This document shows, one piece after another, positions 1 through 7,821 of a stretch of DNA of 31,920 nt. Origin of the DNA: a virus (Duplodnaviria > Caudoviricetes); the IMG/VR virus record IMGVR_UViG_3300043220_000028, positions 1 through 31,920 of that record; one strand, written 5' to 3'. Under the pieces are notes generated by a model, which was given only the letters and a program-made list of their open reading frames with translations, searched no databases and was not told the origin of the DNA. The position numbers and the translations under genes were made by a program. Numbering within the stretch: position 1 is the first letter of the stretch; each line of letters opens with the position of its first letter.

Positions 1-303
1 GAAAGAATCCTGCACTAGAGTTCCTTTTCGTGCGCCGTGTATGTCTTTGAGGCGCTTGACCAGGCGTTCAGGGCCGACCTCCTGCTCTATCAGCAGCGCC
101 CTCTTCGGGCCACTGACGGGAAAGGTACCCATCACTAGGGAGCCTTCGCAGAGAGAGTACGCAATGTTGAGGGCGAGCATGGACTTGAAGGCTTTGGGGT
201 CAGCAGCCAGGAGGAGTTTGCCTTTGCGCGGCAATAGGGGCTTGATGTAGAAGTAGCCGGGCTTGATGACCTGGGTGATGAACGATTTGAAGACCGTCGC
301 CAT
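1..303 (-). CDS. RepA/AAA_25-type RecA-fold helicase, N-terminal part (runs off window edge)
   Basis: Manual translation: MATVFKSFITQVIKPGYFYIKPLLPRKGKLLLAADPKAFKSMLALNIAYSLCEG...RALLIEQEVGPERLVKRL. Variant Walker A (AADPKAFKS) and a downstream hhhExE motif typical of AAA_25. Not in the ORF track because it is truncated. Confidence 0.75.
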   Translation of the reverse strand, partial: MATVFKSFITQVIKPGYFYIKPLLPRKGKLLLAADPKAFKSMLALNIAYSLCEGSLVMGTFPVSGPKRALLIEQEVGPERLVKRLKDIHGARKGTLVQDSF

Positions 304-519
304 CTACCACGACAACCCATAGTGACGGGCACAATCAGGGCAGAAAAAGGGTCTGGCCCCACGCGGAGCTATACTAATCCACCTCTCAATAGAGAGCTTT
401 CGGAGCGGGTCGTCACAGAGGGTTCCACATCGGTCGCAGTCCTCTTTGATATCGTACCAGTCACCATCATAGGCAGCTAGATACTTCAGCAGAATCGTAT
501 CATCTCTATACATTACCAT
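304..519 (-). CDS. Small Zn-finger protein, GxxW-terminal family
   Basis: CDRC...CPDCARHYGLSW*. Confidence 0.8.
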   Translation of the reverse strand: MVMYRDDTILLKYLAAYDGDWYDIKEDCDRCGTLCDDPLRKLSIERWISIAPRGARPFFCPDCARHYGLSW

Positions 520-773
520 TCCAACCCTACCTTTTGGAGAAAGTCCTTCTTGTCCATCTCCACTCGCTTGCCATCTTGGAGGATGACGATGATGTCGGCT
601 TGAGAGACATCCATCTCATACCAAGTCTTGCCTTCTATATCATTGACGGATTTGCGAAACTCCGGTGCTGTTGTAGTCCATGCGACGCCGCTTGGGATGG
701 TGGTAATTGGGTGGCCTGGGATGGTGAACGTACCCCCATTGGTGGGGACTGTGGTGCTGTCGGTGTTTGTCAT
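513..773 (-). CDS. Hypothetical protein with family-like tail but no Zn ligands
   Basis: Ends KDFLQKVGLEW*; starts by TAATG overlap with the ClpP-like stop. Confidence 0.65.
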   Translation of the reverse strand: MTNTDSTTVPTNGGTFTIPGHPITTIPSGVAWTTTAPEFRKSVNDIEGKTWYEMDVSQADIIVILQDGKRVEMDKKDFLQKVGLEW

Positions 774-1360
774 TACTCTATTACCCCGTCGATGAGATTC
801 AACTCAAGGGCTTCTTCGGGCGTGAACACCTGGTTACGCCGAGCGATAAGTCCTTGCAGCTTCTTCTTAGTCATGCCAGTACGAGCTGTGATAATGTCGT
901 TGAGGGTGCCTTGAGTTCTCCGAATCTCTTTCTGGGTATCTTCCGTGCTAGAGAACGAGCCGACGTTTGCAGCCGAGAGTTCGTGCAGACCGAGCGAGCA
1001 GTGGGCTGTGGCGAATCGCTTGGTGGCGGCCTGGAGGATGATGGCCCCCATGCTCATGCACTGACCAGTGGCGACGATGTTGATGGGCGTCTTACGGGCT
1101 CCGGTTATGGACTTGAGTAGGTCATAGATAGCCAGCCCATCAGCCACTAGTCCGCCTGGAGTGTTGAGGATGATGTTGATGGGCTTATTCGAGTCCTCTG
1201 ACAAGAAAGAGAGGATGCGAGTCAGGTAGTACTGGACTTCGGAGTTGATGACTCCGGTGATGTAGACTTCACGGCGGTCAATGGCCGAGCGGTCTATCAT
1301 CTCGTGAATAGGCATCGAGGGGTTGGTCGGGCGTCTGCTACGACGTTTATATCTCGGCAT
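773..1360 (-). CDS. clpP: ClpP-like (peptidase S14) protein
   Basis: INIILNTPGG, GLAIYD, GQCMSMGA (Ser), GLHE (His), FTPEEALELNLID. Start moved to ATG 1360, behind an AGGAG RBS. Confidence 0.9.
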   Translation of the reverse strand: MPRYKRRSRRPTNPSMPIHEMIDRSAIDRREVYITGVINSEVQYYLTRILSFLSEDSNKPINIILNTPGGLVADGLAIYDLLKSITGARKTPINIVATGQCMSMGAIILQAATKRFATAHCSLGLHELSAANVGSFSSTEDTQKEIRRTQGTLNDIITARTGMTKKKLQGLIARRNQVFTPEEALELNLIDGVIE

Positions 1361-1670
1361 TCTTATCTCCTTTAGGTCTGTCATCCAGCTCTGGATGGGT
1401 CTCTTCAAATTCCATCAGTGTGAGCGCGCACCAGGCTACGCTGGCTAGGTGGTGCTGTCCATCTTCAGGGTCTAGCCTCTCGCCGCCCCACCAAGCCCAG
1501 CCATGACGCATCATGGCACCGAAGATGCGCCACCACGGGATACCTTCCTCCCAATTCCTGTCACTGTACTTCTTGGCCCCTAGCGTATAGACCTCAACCA
1601 GCTTGAATAGCGGCTTGACAGGCAGCAGGTCGAAGCGTGCCTTACCAGAGTCGTGTTTAATCCCAGCCAT
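1347..1670 (-). CDS. DUF5664 / dATP-dGTP diphosphohydrolase N-terminal domain protein
   Basis: KHDSGKARFDLLP, GAKKYSDRNWEEG, AMMRH, DPEDGQHHLASVAWCAL. Confidence 0.85.
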   Translation of the reverse strand: MAGIKHDSGKARFDLLPVKPLFKLVEVYTLGAKKYSDRNWEEGIPWWRIFGAMMRHGWAWWGGERLDPEDGQHHLASVAWCALTLMEFEETHPELDDRPKGDKNAEI

Positions 1671-1872
1671 TGACTAGACTCGCTATGGCGTATCCGCTAT
1701 CCCCTTTGGGCTGACGCTCACTTATGTAACTCTCCATCCTACAGAGCTCATCAACTGTCACGGTGCCCCACGGCATGTAATACTCGGTGCGTTGCATCGG
1801 CTGACGTAGCCAAGAGCCTAAAAACATATTTTTTATCTCATGATTATAACGCAACCATGTGACTCTACGCAT
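1657..1872 (-). CDS. Hypothetical protein
   Basis: ORF fills the gap and overlaps both neighbours. Confidence 0.6.
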   Translation of the reverse strand: MRRVTWLRYNHEIKNMFLGSWLRQPMQRTEYYMPWGTVTVDELCRMESYISERQPKGDSGYAIASLVNGWD

Positions 1873-2305
1873 AGTACCTCCCGATAAACTCTATTGCTTC
1901 CTCCACTGTCTCGCAGTAGTGCGACACACACTCGTTGATGAAGGGATGGTTCCTCATGAACGTGTCCTCTTTATGGCACACGGCAACGACAGGCATCTTC
2001 ATCTGCCATGCCCATCCTAGCTCCATGAGTGTGCCAGTGAGGGGGCGCGTGCTGCCCCACAGGTCAAAGTTGGCCAGCATCACATCGGCCTGAATGATGT
2101 CATTGTAGTCTCGTAGGATGATTGACTTGCTGTTTTGGTCGGGTGTACTGATGCCCCCATCCCTGCTCGTAGTCATGTCCTTACCGCGCAAGGGAGAGAG
2201 GCTGTCAATCCCCCAGCCCGCATCGAGCTTGAATGCGGCATCCTCACGCCACTCCAGTGACTGTGGATGGTCGGTGCTAATCAGACCTGCTAGATAGACA
2301 ATCAT
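1865..2305 (-). CDS. Nucleoside 2-deoxyribosyltransferase family protein
   Basis: VYLAG, RDYNDIIQADVMLA, GTLMELGWA..MKMPVV. Confidence 0.85.
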   Translation of the reverse strand: MIVYLAGLISTDHPQSLEWREDAAFKLDAGWGIDSLSPLRGKDMTTSRDGGISTPDQNSKSIILRDYNDIIQADVMLANFDLWGSTRPLTGTLMELGWAWQMKMPVVAVCHKEDTFMRNHPFINECVSHYCETVEEAIEFIGRYYA

Positions 2306-2535
2306 TATTCGCCTCCTTCCATCTGAGCGTCCAGCTTGTCGTCCAACTTACGCTGGTGTAGCTGGTCGCCTAATGTCAGCTTCATGTGGTCGTGCTTCTT
2401 CAGGTAGAGGATAGCCGAGTCGGCCATCAGGGAGTAGAAGTCCCGGCAACCTTGAACGCAGGAGTCCCATGCCTGAACAGGATGGTGCCTGTCATGCAGA
2501 TACCGGGCTAACTTGAGCGTGATAGACTCTACCAT
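2305..2535 (-). CDS. Hypothetical protein
   Basis: Starts in an ATGGTAG overlap and ends in a TAATG overlap. Confidence 0.7.
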   Translation of the reverse strand: MVESITLKLARYLHDRHHPVQAWDSCVQGCRDFYSLMADSAILYLKKHDHMKLTLGDQLHQRKLDDKLDAQMEGGE

Positions 2536-2738
2536 ATTACCCCCAACTCCCGCCCATGATACTCACAGACGATCCAAGAATCCAGGTAGTGAGTATCAAG
2601 CATTTTTCTTGTTAGTCTTGAACAAATATCACATTCACCTTTATCCCATTCCATGGTGTCTGCGACTGTAACCCCGACGGACGTTTCCGCTATCCGCTCC
2701 TGAATTCTCTTGTAAGTGGACGGAGCTAAATCTACCAT
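2529..2738 (-). CDS. Small Zn-finger protein, GxxW-terminal family
   Basis: CDIC...CEYHGRELGVIW*. Confidence 0.85.
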   Translation of the reverse strand: MVDLAPSTYKRIQERIAETSVGVTVADTMEWDKGECDICSRLTRKMLDTHYLDSWIVCEYHGRELGVIW

Positions 2739-3052
2739 AGCCAGCCGTCCTTGCGTGCGTGGTCAATGCATAGCCGCACGTGCTCGACCTTTCGGGCATC
2801 CCACAACGCGTGGTGCAGCGTGTTGTAGAGACAGTTCATCGGATACAGCAAGTCACTCACATGGCCCGTAGTGACCTTCATAATCTCAAGGAGGAGCTTT
2901 TTATTTTTTGCGTAATCGCCAGTCTGTTCATCGGAGATAATACGTTCGCCGGTCATCTGATTGTTCACCAGCAGGATACGGCCCTGTTCCTGGCACCGCT
3001 TGTCGCCTAGGGCTTCCCACTCCTTGATGCGGTCATGCCACGCTACTGCCAT
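2732..3052 (-). CDS. Small protein, GxxW-terminal family
   Basis: Ends LCIDHARKDGWLW*; TAAGGAG RBS upstream. Confidence 0.8.
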   Translation of the reverse strand: MAVAWHDRIKEWEALGDKRCQEQGRILLVNNQMTGERIISDEQTGDYAKNKKLLLEIMKVTTGHVSDLLYPMNCLYNTLHHALWDARKVEHVRLCIDHARKDGWLW

Positions 3053-3062
3053 GTCTGTCTCC

Positions 3063-3269
3063 TTACCATAACAGTCCTAACTCCCTAGCATGTTCCAAGC
3101 ACAACCAGGATTCCCGGAGCCCACAAAAACTGCTGTTCCAATCACAAGCGTCACACATAGGGCCTTCACTTACAAGGAATAAAGGTTTCACCTTATAGTC
3201 AATCGGCAATTTCGATGTGCCAATGTGGTGCCTTGTCACGGTTTCTTTCGTCGAAGATTGCAAGGTCAT
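3063..3269 (-). CDS. Small Zn-finger protein, GxxW-terminal family (true start uncertain, probably nearer 3200)
   Basis: CDAC...LCLEHARELGLLW*. Confidence 0.8.
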   Translation of the reverse strand: MTLQSSTKETVTRHHIGTSKLPIDYKVKPLFLVSEGPMCDACDWNSSFCGLRESWLCLEHARELGLLW

Positions 3270-3522
3270 ACTCCTTTGCCAGATGCGCTAGTATCACATG
3301 GAACGTCAACTGGCCTAGCTCGGACTTGTCCCACGAGCGGATGTCGATGGCCATGTTACGGTAGTGTCGGCTGGTGCGGCTGTGTCTACCGTCGTTGGCG
3401 CTCGTGACGACGAGAGGCTTGCCGAACAGCAGGTCATGGAACGACCCGGCCTTCTCCAACGCTAGTGCCAACTGAGGGTATAGCTTGTCAAGGTTCACAC
3501 GGTCGCTCTTCTTACGCCACAT
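3199..3522 (-). CDS. M15-type (Hedgehog/DD-peptidase fold) Zn peptidase, possible endolysin
   Basis: VVTSANDGRH, SRHYRNMAID (H-x6-D), HWH. Confidence 0.8.
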   Translation of the reverse strand: MWRKKSDRVNLDKLYPQLALALEKAGSFHDLLFGKPLVVTSANDGRHSRTSRHYRNMAIDIRSWDKSELGQLTFHVILAHLAKEYDLAIFDERNRDKAPHWHIEIAD

Positions 3523-3685
3523 GACTTATTCTCCTCTTCCTCGCTAGAGTCAGACGCCTTTCTACAGCGAGTATAGCAGCCAGAAGTGAGGCTTCCACTT
3601 CATAATACTTTTTCTGGGCTGCTTGGGCTCGGAGATACTCTAACTGACGTGCCATAAGTCCTAAGCCTATAACTAGCTTCCTCAT
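3512..3685 (-). CDS. Hypothetical helical protein
   Basis: MRKLVIG... start at a TAATG overlap with the upstream stop. Confidence 0.55.
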   Translation of the reverse strand: MRKLVIGLGLMARQLEYLRAQAAQKKYYEVEASLLAAILAVERRLTLARKRRISHVA

Positions 3686-3909
3686 TAGCCTTTCCTCTCG
3701 ATGGTGGCCTTCATAGCCACGTCGCCTACTTCCTTCAAGCACTTGCCGGAGCACACTAGGTAAGTCTCCGGCCCCTGCTCCGTGTCAGTGACGATGTTAT
3801 ACCAGCCCACCATCTGCTCTTTGACCTCCTGCTCCTGACCCGTCAGCTCTACCTGCTTCTTGGTCGTGCAGATGTCACACACCAGCTCTAACCACCTCTT
3901 CAACGCCAT
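3685..3909 (-). CDS. Small Zn-finger protein (CxxC...CSxxC, TRASH-like)
   Basis: VCDIC...VCSGKCL; TAAGGAG RBS before ATG 3909. Confidence 0.7.
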   Translation of the reverse strand: MALKRWLELVCDICTTKKQVELTGQEQEVKEQMVGWYNIVTDTEQGPETYLVCSGKCLKEVGDVAMKATIERKG

Positions 3910-3919
3910 GTTAATCTCC

Positions 3920-4102
3920 TTACCAGTCATATATCTTGTACGCCTTGCTGCACTTTGGACAAGTAACTACGATTCCACCATGCGTTCCGCAGGATTCACA
4001 ATCACTGGATGAAGCTGACATACCGTAGAGCAGGTTCACTTCCCCCCAGCCACATTTAGGGCACTTCATCCTCAGTCGAACTTCCTTTGGTTTCTTCGCC
4101 AT
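3920..4102 (-). CDS. Zn-ribbon protein
   Basis: Three CxxC motifs (CPKC, CESC, CPKC). Confidence 0.7.
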   Translation of the reverse strand: MAKKPKEVRLRMKCPKCGWGEVNLLYGMSASSSDCESCGTHGGIVVTCPKCSKAYKIYDW

Positions 4103-4117
4103 AAGTCACCCCGATGG

Positions 4118-4720
4118 TTACTTGCTACCATACTCGTCGATGCGCGGGATGAACTTGCGTAGCTTGCCGACCAACTGTTCGAGTTTGACTACGTCTACGA
4201 TGCAGTGCTCCACCACTTCGTCCATCGCCCTGCGCTGTTCTTTGCCCGTGGCCAGCAGGGCACGCAGCCACATGTGCCCCTCCACACTGGACTTGGAACC
4301 CAAGCCGAAGTGTTGGAGGATGCGAGCGAGGCTGTTCCATGAGAAGCGCAGGTGCTTGCGCGCTATCGTCACGGGGTCAATCATCTTGCAGCGCGGGTTG
4401 ACTATCACCCCACCAGTACCACCCGACAGCCCACTGAAGGCGCGGGTGTTGAGGAAGGGCCGGTCGAACCGCAGCCCGTTATGGGCTATAAGCACATCAT
4501 GCTTGTTCAGCTCGACGATGATGTCCTTCACCAGCCCAGAGTCATCATACTTATTGCCCTTCTTCCATGCCGCGTAGTTGTCGCCCCTGAAGATGATGGG
4601 CTTCTTGCCTACCTGCTTCACCACCGCGCAGAGTACCCGACCGAAGTCGGCACTGAGGTTTGAGGTCTCAATGTCAAATGTGGCGATAGAAATTACTTCT
4701 TCTTGCTGTCGCTTTGCCAT
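4118..4720 (-). CDS. RNase H-like (DEDD/YprB-type) 3'-5' exonuclease
   Basis: TFDIETS, AHNGLRFDRPFL, EHCIVDV. Confidence 0.88.
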   Translation of the reverse strand: MAKRQQEEVISIATFDIETSNLSADFGRVLCAVVKQVGKKPIIFRGDNYAAWKKGNKYDDSGLVKDIIVELNKHDVLIAHNGLRFDRPFLNTRAFSGLSGGTGGVIVNPRCKMIDPVTIARKHLRFSWNSLARILQHFGLGSKSSVEGHMWLRALLATGKEQRRAMDEVVEHCIVDVVKLEQLVGKLRKFIPRIDEYGSK

Positions 4721-4729
4721 GTTATCTCC

Positions 4730-4903
4730 TTACCATAAGTGGCCTAACTCTCTTGCGTGCTTCTCGCACAACCAGATATTCGCATTCTTTCTAAAGTTCC
4801 CATACCAGTTGCAGATGTCACAATAACTCTCATCCTCTGCGGCGGTGTAAGGTTTCTCAAGATGGCCCGCCGGTAAATCTACAATGGCGATGGGGCTCAT
4901 CAT
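4730..4903 (-). CDS. Small Zn-finger protein, GxxW-terminal family (57 aa, below ORF-track cutoff)
   Basis: Manual translation MMSPIAIVDLPAGHLEKPYTAAEDESYCDICNWYGNFRKNANIWLCEKHARELGHLW*. Confidence 0.85.
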   Translation of the reverse strand: MMSPIAIVDLPAGHLEKPYTAAEDESYCDICNWYGNFRKNANIWLCEKHARELGHLW

Positions 4904-4905
4904 CT

Positions 4906-5058
4906 CTACCTTCCTAATGCTTTGTTTGCTTGCTGCTTAGTAAGTCCCGTCCGCATGAGTGCCTTCTCCATGTAGTCTCTACCCATGCAGTCGGCCTCCA
5001 TCGTCTGGACTAGAATCTGTACGAGCACGGACTCCAGCAGTGTCAGTGGTTTAGCCAT
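4906..5058 (-). CDS. Hypothetical 50-aa protein
   Basis: Manual translation MAKPLTLLES...QQANKALGR*; AGGAG RBS; fills the gap. Confidence 0.6.
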   Translation of the reverse strand: MAKPLTLLESVLVQILVQTMEADCMGRDYMEKALMRTGLTKQQANKALGR

Positions 5059-5320
5059 CTTCGTCTCCTTCCAACTGGTCTAGTATCTTGTCAAGGTTCT
5101 GATGAGAGCGGAGGATGCGGAGGGCCGACTTGGCTCGCCTCGCAGTCAGTTGGGCTGCCACTTTGGGACTTACGCCAGACCAACGACTGATGTTCTGGAA
5201 GTCCCGCGACGCTATCCATGTGCTCCGGTCAGGTTCATGGAGATGCGCGAGACTATCCAACAGCACTACCAGCCACAGTCTCTGTTCATTACCTGCCACT
5301 CCGCGTCCTCTCTCTCTCAA
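5051..5320 (-). CDS. Hypothetical protein
   Basis: ORF track; start uncertain. Confidence 0.6.
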   Translation of the reverse strand: MRERGRGVAGNEQRLWLVVLLDSLAHLHEPDRSTWIASRDFQNISRWSGVSPKVAAQLTARRAKSALRILRSHQNLDKILDQLEGDEDG

Positions 5321-5534
5321 ACTCTGACTAGCATTTTACTCCTTTATCCTGTCCGGCCAGGGGGCATTGCTTCCGTCTCAGTGGCCACTGAGGGAGTTAC
5401 CCTGCTAGTCATAACTATAATAGCGAGCCCCTGCCTGCTCTCAGGTCATTGACAGGGGCCAGTTGGGTTGGTTCCGGGTAAACCATAACCTCCCAACTAC
5501 CCTCACACCTATACTGCCTCAATCAAGAGTGTAG

Positions 5535-5963
5535 TTAGGTGCGAGGGGTGAAGAAGTAACTGACTTCGAGTCGTGACGCATCGTCCTTCTGGAGCTTCGT
5601 ACCGAAACCGACCATGCGGCCAGTCAAGGCGTTGAAGTCCATGTCGCCTTCGGTGATGCCAGCGCCAGTGAACAGACCGCGCATCAACTTACGGACGTTG
5701 ATGTTATAGCTTATCTGTTCGTTGGTGGTGGTGGCGGTGAAACCGGGCTGGAGCCACTCAGGCTTGATGTTGATACGTGCGTAGAAGGTGCGGTCAGACT
5801 GGTCAGTATCCTTCAACCGATAGGCTAGAGGGATAGTTACCTGTGTGTAGCCGTTCCTGACTTCGCGGGATTCGACCTCGCCTATCCTGCCGAGCGCCTT
5901 AAATGCGAAGGCTTCCGGCTTGGGCACATCCTCGACTCTGATATTGCTGACTAGCGTGTTCAT
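5535..5963 (-). CDS. Putative OB-fold ssDNA-binding protein (DUF669-like)
   Basis: Beta-rich, DFNALTGRMV motif; own promoter and GAGGAG RBS; AAA_24 and PD-(D/E)XK genes nearby. Confidence 0.5.
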   Translation of the reverse strand: MNTLVSNIRVEDVPKPEAFAFKALGRIGEVESREVRNGYTQVTIPLAYRLKDTDQSDRTFYARINIKPEWLQPGFTATTTNEQISYNINVRKLMRGLFTGAGITEGDMDFNALTGRMVGFGTKLQKDDASRLEVSYFFTPRT

Positions 5964-6003
5964 GTGTTGTTGTCTCCTCGTTTTGTATTCGACTTACGAG
6001 GGC

Positions 6004-6032
6004 ATTTTACCACACGCCGTGCTGAAAGTCAA
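6004..6032 (-). promoter_or_regulatory. Sigma70-type promoter with extended -10
   Basis: TTGACT-17 nt-TAAAAT, with TGn before the -10. Confidence 0.8.
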
Positions 6033-6042
6033 GTTCTTTCGC

Positions 6043-6252
6043 TCACCACAAAACCCCCGCCTCCCTAGCATGAGCCTCGCAGAGATAGGGTTGCTGTTTA
6101 TCTCGTGTCCACCCTTTGATTAGTCTGCCTAATTGCTTAGGTTTTGTCGCATTATCGCCACAAATATCACACAGGAAACCTGTTTCGGCAAGGAAGCTAC
6201 CATTGAAGCTCATAAGGTAGCCTTTTATTAAAATCATCTGTCGCTTGGTCAT
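6043..6252 (-). CDS. Small Zn-finger protein, GxxW-terminal family
   Basis: MTKRQM...CDIC...LCEAHAREAGVLW*; ATGA overlap start. Confidence 0.85.
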   Translation of the reverse strand: MTKRQMILIKGYLMSFNGSFLAETGFLCDICGDNATKPKQLGRLIKGWTRDKQQPYLCEAHAREAGVLW

Positions 6253-6509
6253 GGTAGTCTCTCGATGCGCTTGATGCAGACGCGAGGGATGAACATACAC
6301 CCTCCGTACTGCTGACCGTCAGTGGACTTGCTGCTATAGAGAAGGACGCCTGCCTTGACTCGCTTGTAGACTAGGGCTTCGGTGATGACTAAGGAGTTGA
6401 GGCCAAGGGCCTCCAACTCTTCAGGAGCATGCCAGTCTGCTCGGTTCTGTGCGTCTATCCATGTGACACGGACGCGCATGGTTGGTTCTAGCTCTTTGTA
6501 CTTTACCAT
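6249..6509 (-). CDS. Conserved phage hypothetical protein
   Basis: VRVTWIDA...W...IPRVCIKRI pattern common in phage proteins; starts in an ATGGTAA overlap. Confidence 0.7.
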   Translation of the reverse strand: MVKYKELEPTMRVRVTWIDAQNRADWHAPEELEALGLNSLVITEALVYKRVKAGVLLYSSKSTDGQQYGGCMFIPRVCIKRIERLP

Positions 6510-6709
6510 AGCAACCCCTCCCGGTGACAGCACTCTCGACACCAAGCCTCGCCAGGCGCGCCCATGCCCTTGCCTAGAATCCACCAACGCGGCTCCTCGA
6601 ATTGCGTGTCACATTGGTCGCAGGCTTTGTTCCTCAATTCCAGGCGACCCTTTATTCGTAGACCTCTAGGCGTATCTGGACTACCTTGTTCTTGATGCGA
6701 AATTGGCAT
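6503..6709 (-). CDS. Small Zn-finger protein, GxxW-terminal family (start uncertain)
   Basis: CDQC...WCRECCHREGLLW*. Confidence 0.8.
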   Translation of the reverse strand: MPISHQEQGSPDTPRGLRIKGRLELRNKACDQCDTQFEEPRWWILGKGMGAPGEAWCRECCHREGLLW

Positions 6710-7059
6710 TTGTATTTACTCACTCCGTTAATGCCCATCCAATACTTTGGGCGCTCTTCTCTCCAAGTTAGCATGAAGGAGATGCGGATAGGACTAAAGA
6801 TGTTTGAGGGGGGAATCATAATCTTGAGAACAGGATGGGGGTCGGCCATGAGGTTCCAGTCTAGTATCTGACAGGCATACTCATGCACGCCATCGTCGCG
6901 CCAGATGCCGATGTTCTTTAGTACTGTATCGAAGGGCACCCACTTCCTGTGGCTCTTCCCTGTGTCTTGCATGTGGCTCTCTTTCGGCTCGTCCTGCGCC
7001 GCCACACCCATAGCTAGGACTAGACAACTAATCAACGTCAAGTATTTCAAGCGATACAT
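6652..7059 (-). CDS. Putative exported protein
   Basis: Signal-peptide-like N-terminus MYRLKYLTLISCLVLAMGVAA|Q. Confidence 0.65.
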   Translation of the reverse strand: MYRLKYLTLISCLVLAMGVAAQDEPKESHMQDTGKSHRKWVPFDTVLKNIGIWRDDGVHEYACQILDWNLMADPHPVLKIMIPPSNIFSPIRISFMLTWREERPKYWMGINGVSKYKCQFRIKNKVVQIRLEVYE

Positions 7060-7441
7060 AGGTCACTCCTTGTTCTTTGAAGCCTAACTCCTCAGCCACT
7101 CTCTCACTCACATCCACTATGCGCCGCTGCTTACATGAGTAGTAGTACGAGCCGACGTACTCACAGTATGGCCCTCGGTCTGTTACGCGGACGGTAACAC
7201 GTCGTTGAGTATCACGGCGAGTAAGGCGAAGAAGACTATTAAAGGGAAGAGTAGGATGGGCCACGGTGAAGTCACGGCCAGTGAAAATGTCACCCCCAGC
7301 AGTAAGCCTTCCAACATACCACGTACCATACCACGATGCCAAGCCATGTTCAATCTCCTTCCACTTAGGTTCTTCGATAGGCGGTAGTGTGCCGCCTGTG
7401 TGAGGCAGCAACATGAGTAGCAGTACCAAGCGCCTTACCAT
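7028..7441 (-). CDS. rlpA: RlpA-family DPBB lytic transglycosylase-like protein
   Basis: GLASWYG, TAGGDIF, AHPTLPF, VRVTDRGPY, RIVDVS; hydrophobic N-terminus from MVRRLVLLL. Confidence 0.88.
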   Translation of the reverse strand: MVRRLVLLLMLLPHTGGTLPPIEEPKWKEIEHGLASWYGTWYVGRLTAGGDIFTGRDFTVAHPTLPFNSLLRLTRRDTQRRVTVRVTDRGPYCEYVGSYYYSCKQRRIVDVSERVAEELGFKEQGVTYVSLEILDVD

Positions 7442-7683
7442 AGCAGCCCCATCTCTTGCACACAGTCTCGACAAGCTCTTACACAATTAGTGCGGCTCCA
7501 CGGCTCTCCCCCAAAGCTCATGCGCATTGAGCTAAGGTTTATAGCCGGGTCTTGCGTAATCCAATAGCACCACTGTCCGGGCCTATCACAGAACCCACAG
7601 TAGGTTGGGGTCGAACGAAAAGCACGTAATAACTTAACGTATGGCTTGCTGGAACTTGGCCCAGAGCTGGTCACTTTTACCAT
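7435..7683 (-). CDS. Small Zn-finger protein, GxxW-terminal family
   Basis: CGFC...ACRDCVQEMGLLW*. Confidence 0.82.
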   Translation of the reverse strand: MVKVTSSGPSSSKPYVKLLRAFRSTPTYCGFCDRPGQWCYWITQDPAINLSSMRMSFGGEPWSRTNCVRACRDCVQEMGLLW

Positions 7684-7820
7684 AGCACGCCCGCCTGACG
7701 TAGACAGTCGTCGCACATTAGACTATACTGACCTGACCCCATACTCACAAATGAGACGAGTTCATTCTTAGTCGAGCAGAAGGAACAGCTAGTACGATTG
7801 TGGCGAAATTTGCGTAACAC
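7677..7820 (-). CDS. Small Zn-finger protein, GxxW-terminal family, ClpX-ZBD-like (start uncertain; GTG 7820 assumed)
   Basis: CSFCSTKNELVSFVSMGSGQYSLMCDDCLRQAGVLW*. Confidence 0.8.
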   Translation of the reverse strand: MLRKFRHNRTSCSFCSTKNELVSFVSMGSGQYSLMCDDCLRQAGVLW

Positions 7821-7821
7821 C

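Noticed and set aside
773-830. Similarity of ClpP's EEALELNLID to the family tail ARELGLLW
   Set aside because: A short amphipathic helix plus cap pattern; the match is too weak to support mimicry.
3920-4102. Membership of this W-ending ORF in the GxxW family
   Set aside because: It ends KIYDW* without the helix-Gly tail and has a three-CxxC ribbon pattern.
5449-5480. Plus-strand TTGACA as a promoter
   Set aside because: There is no -10 element at a suitable spacing.
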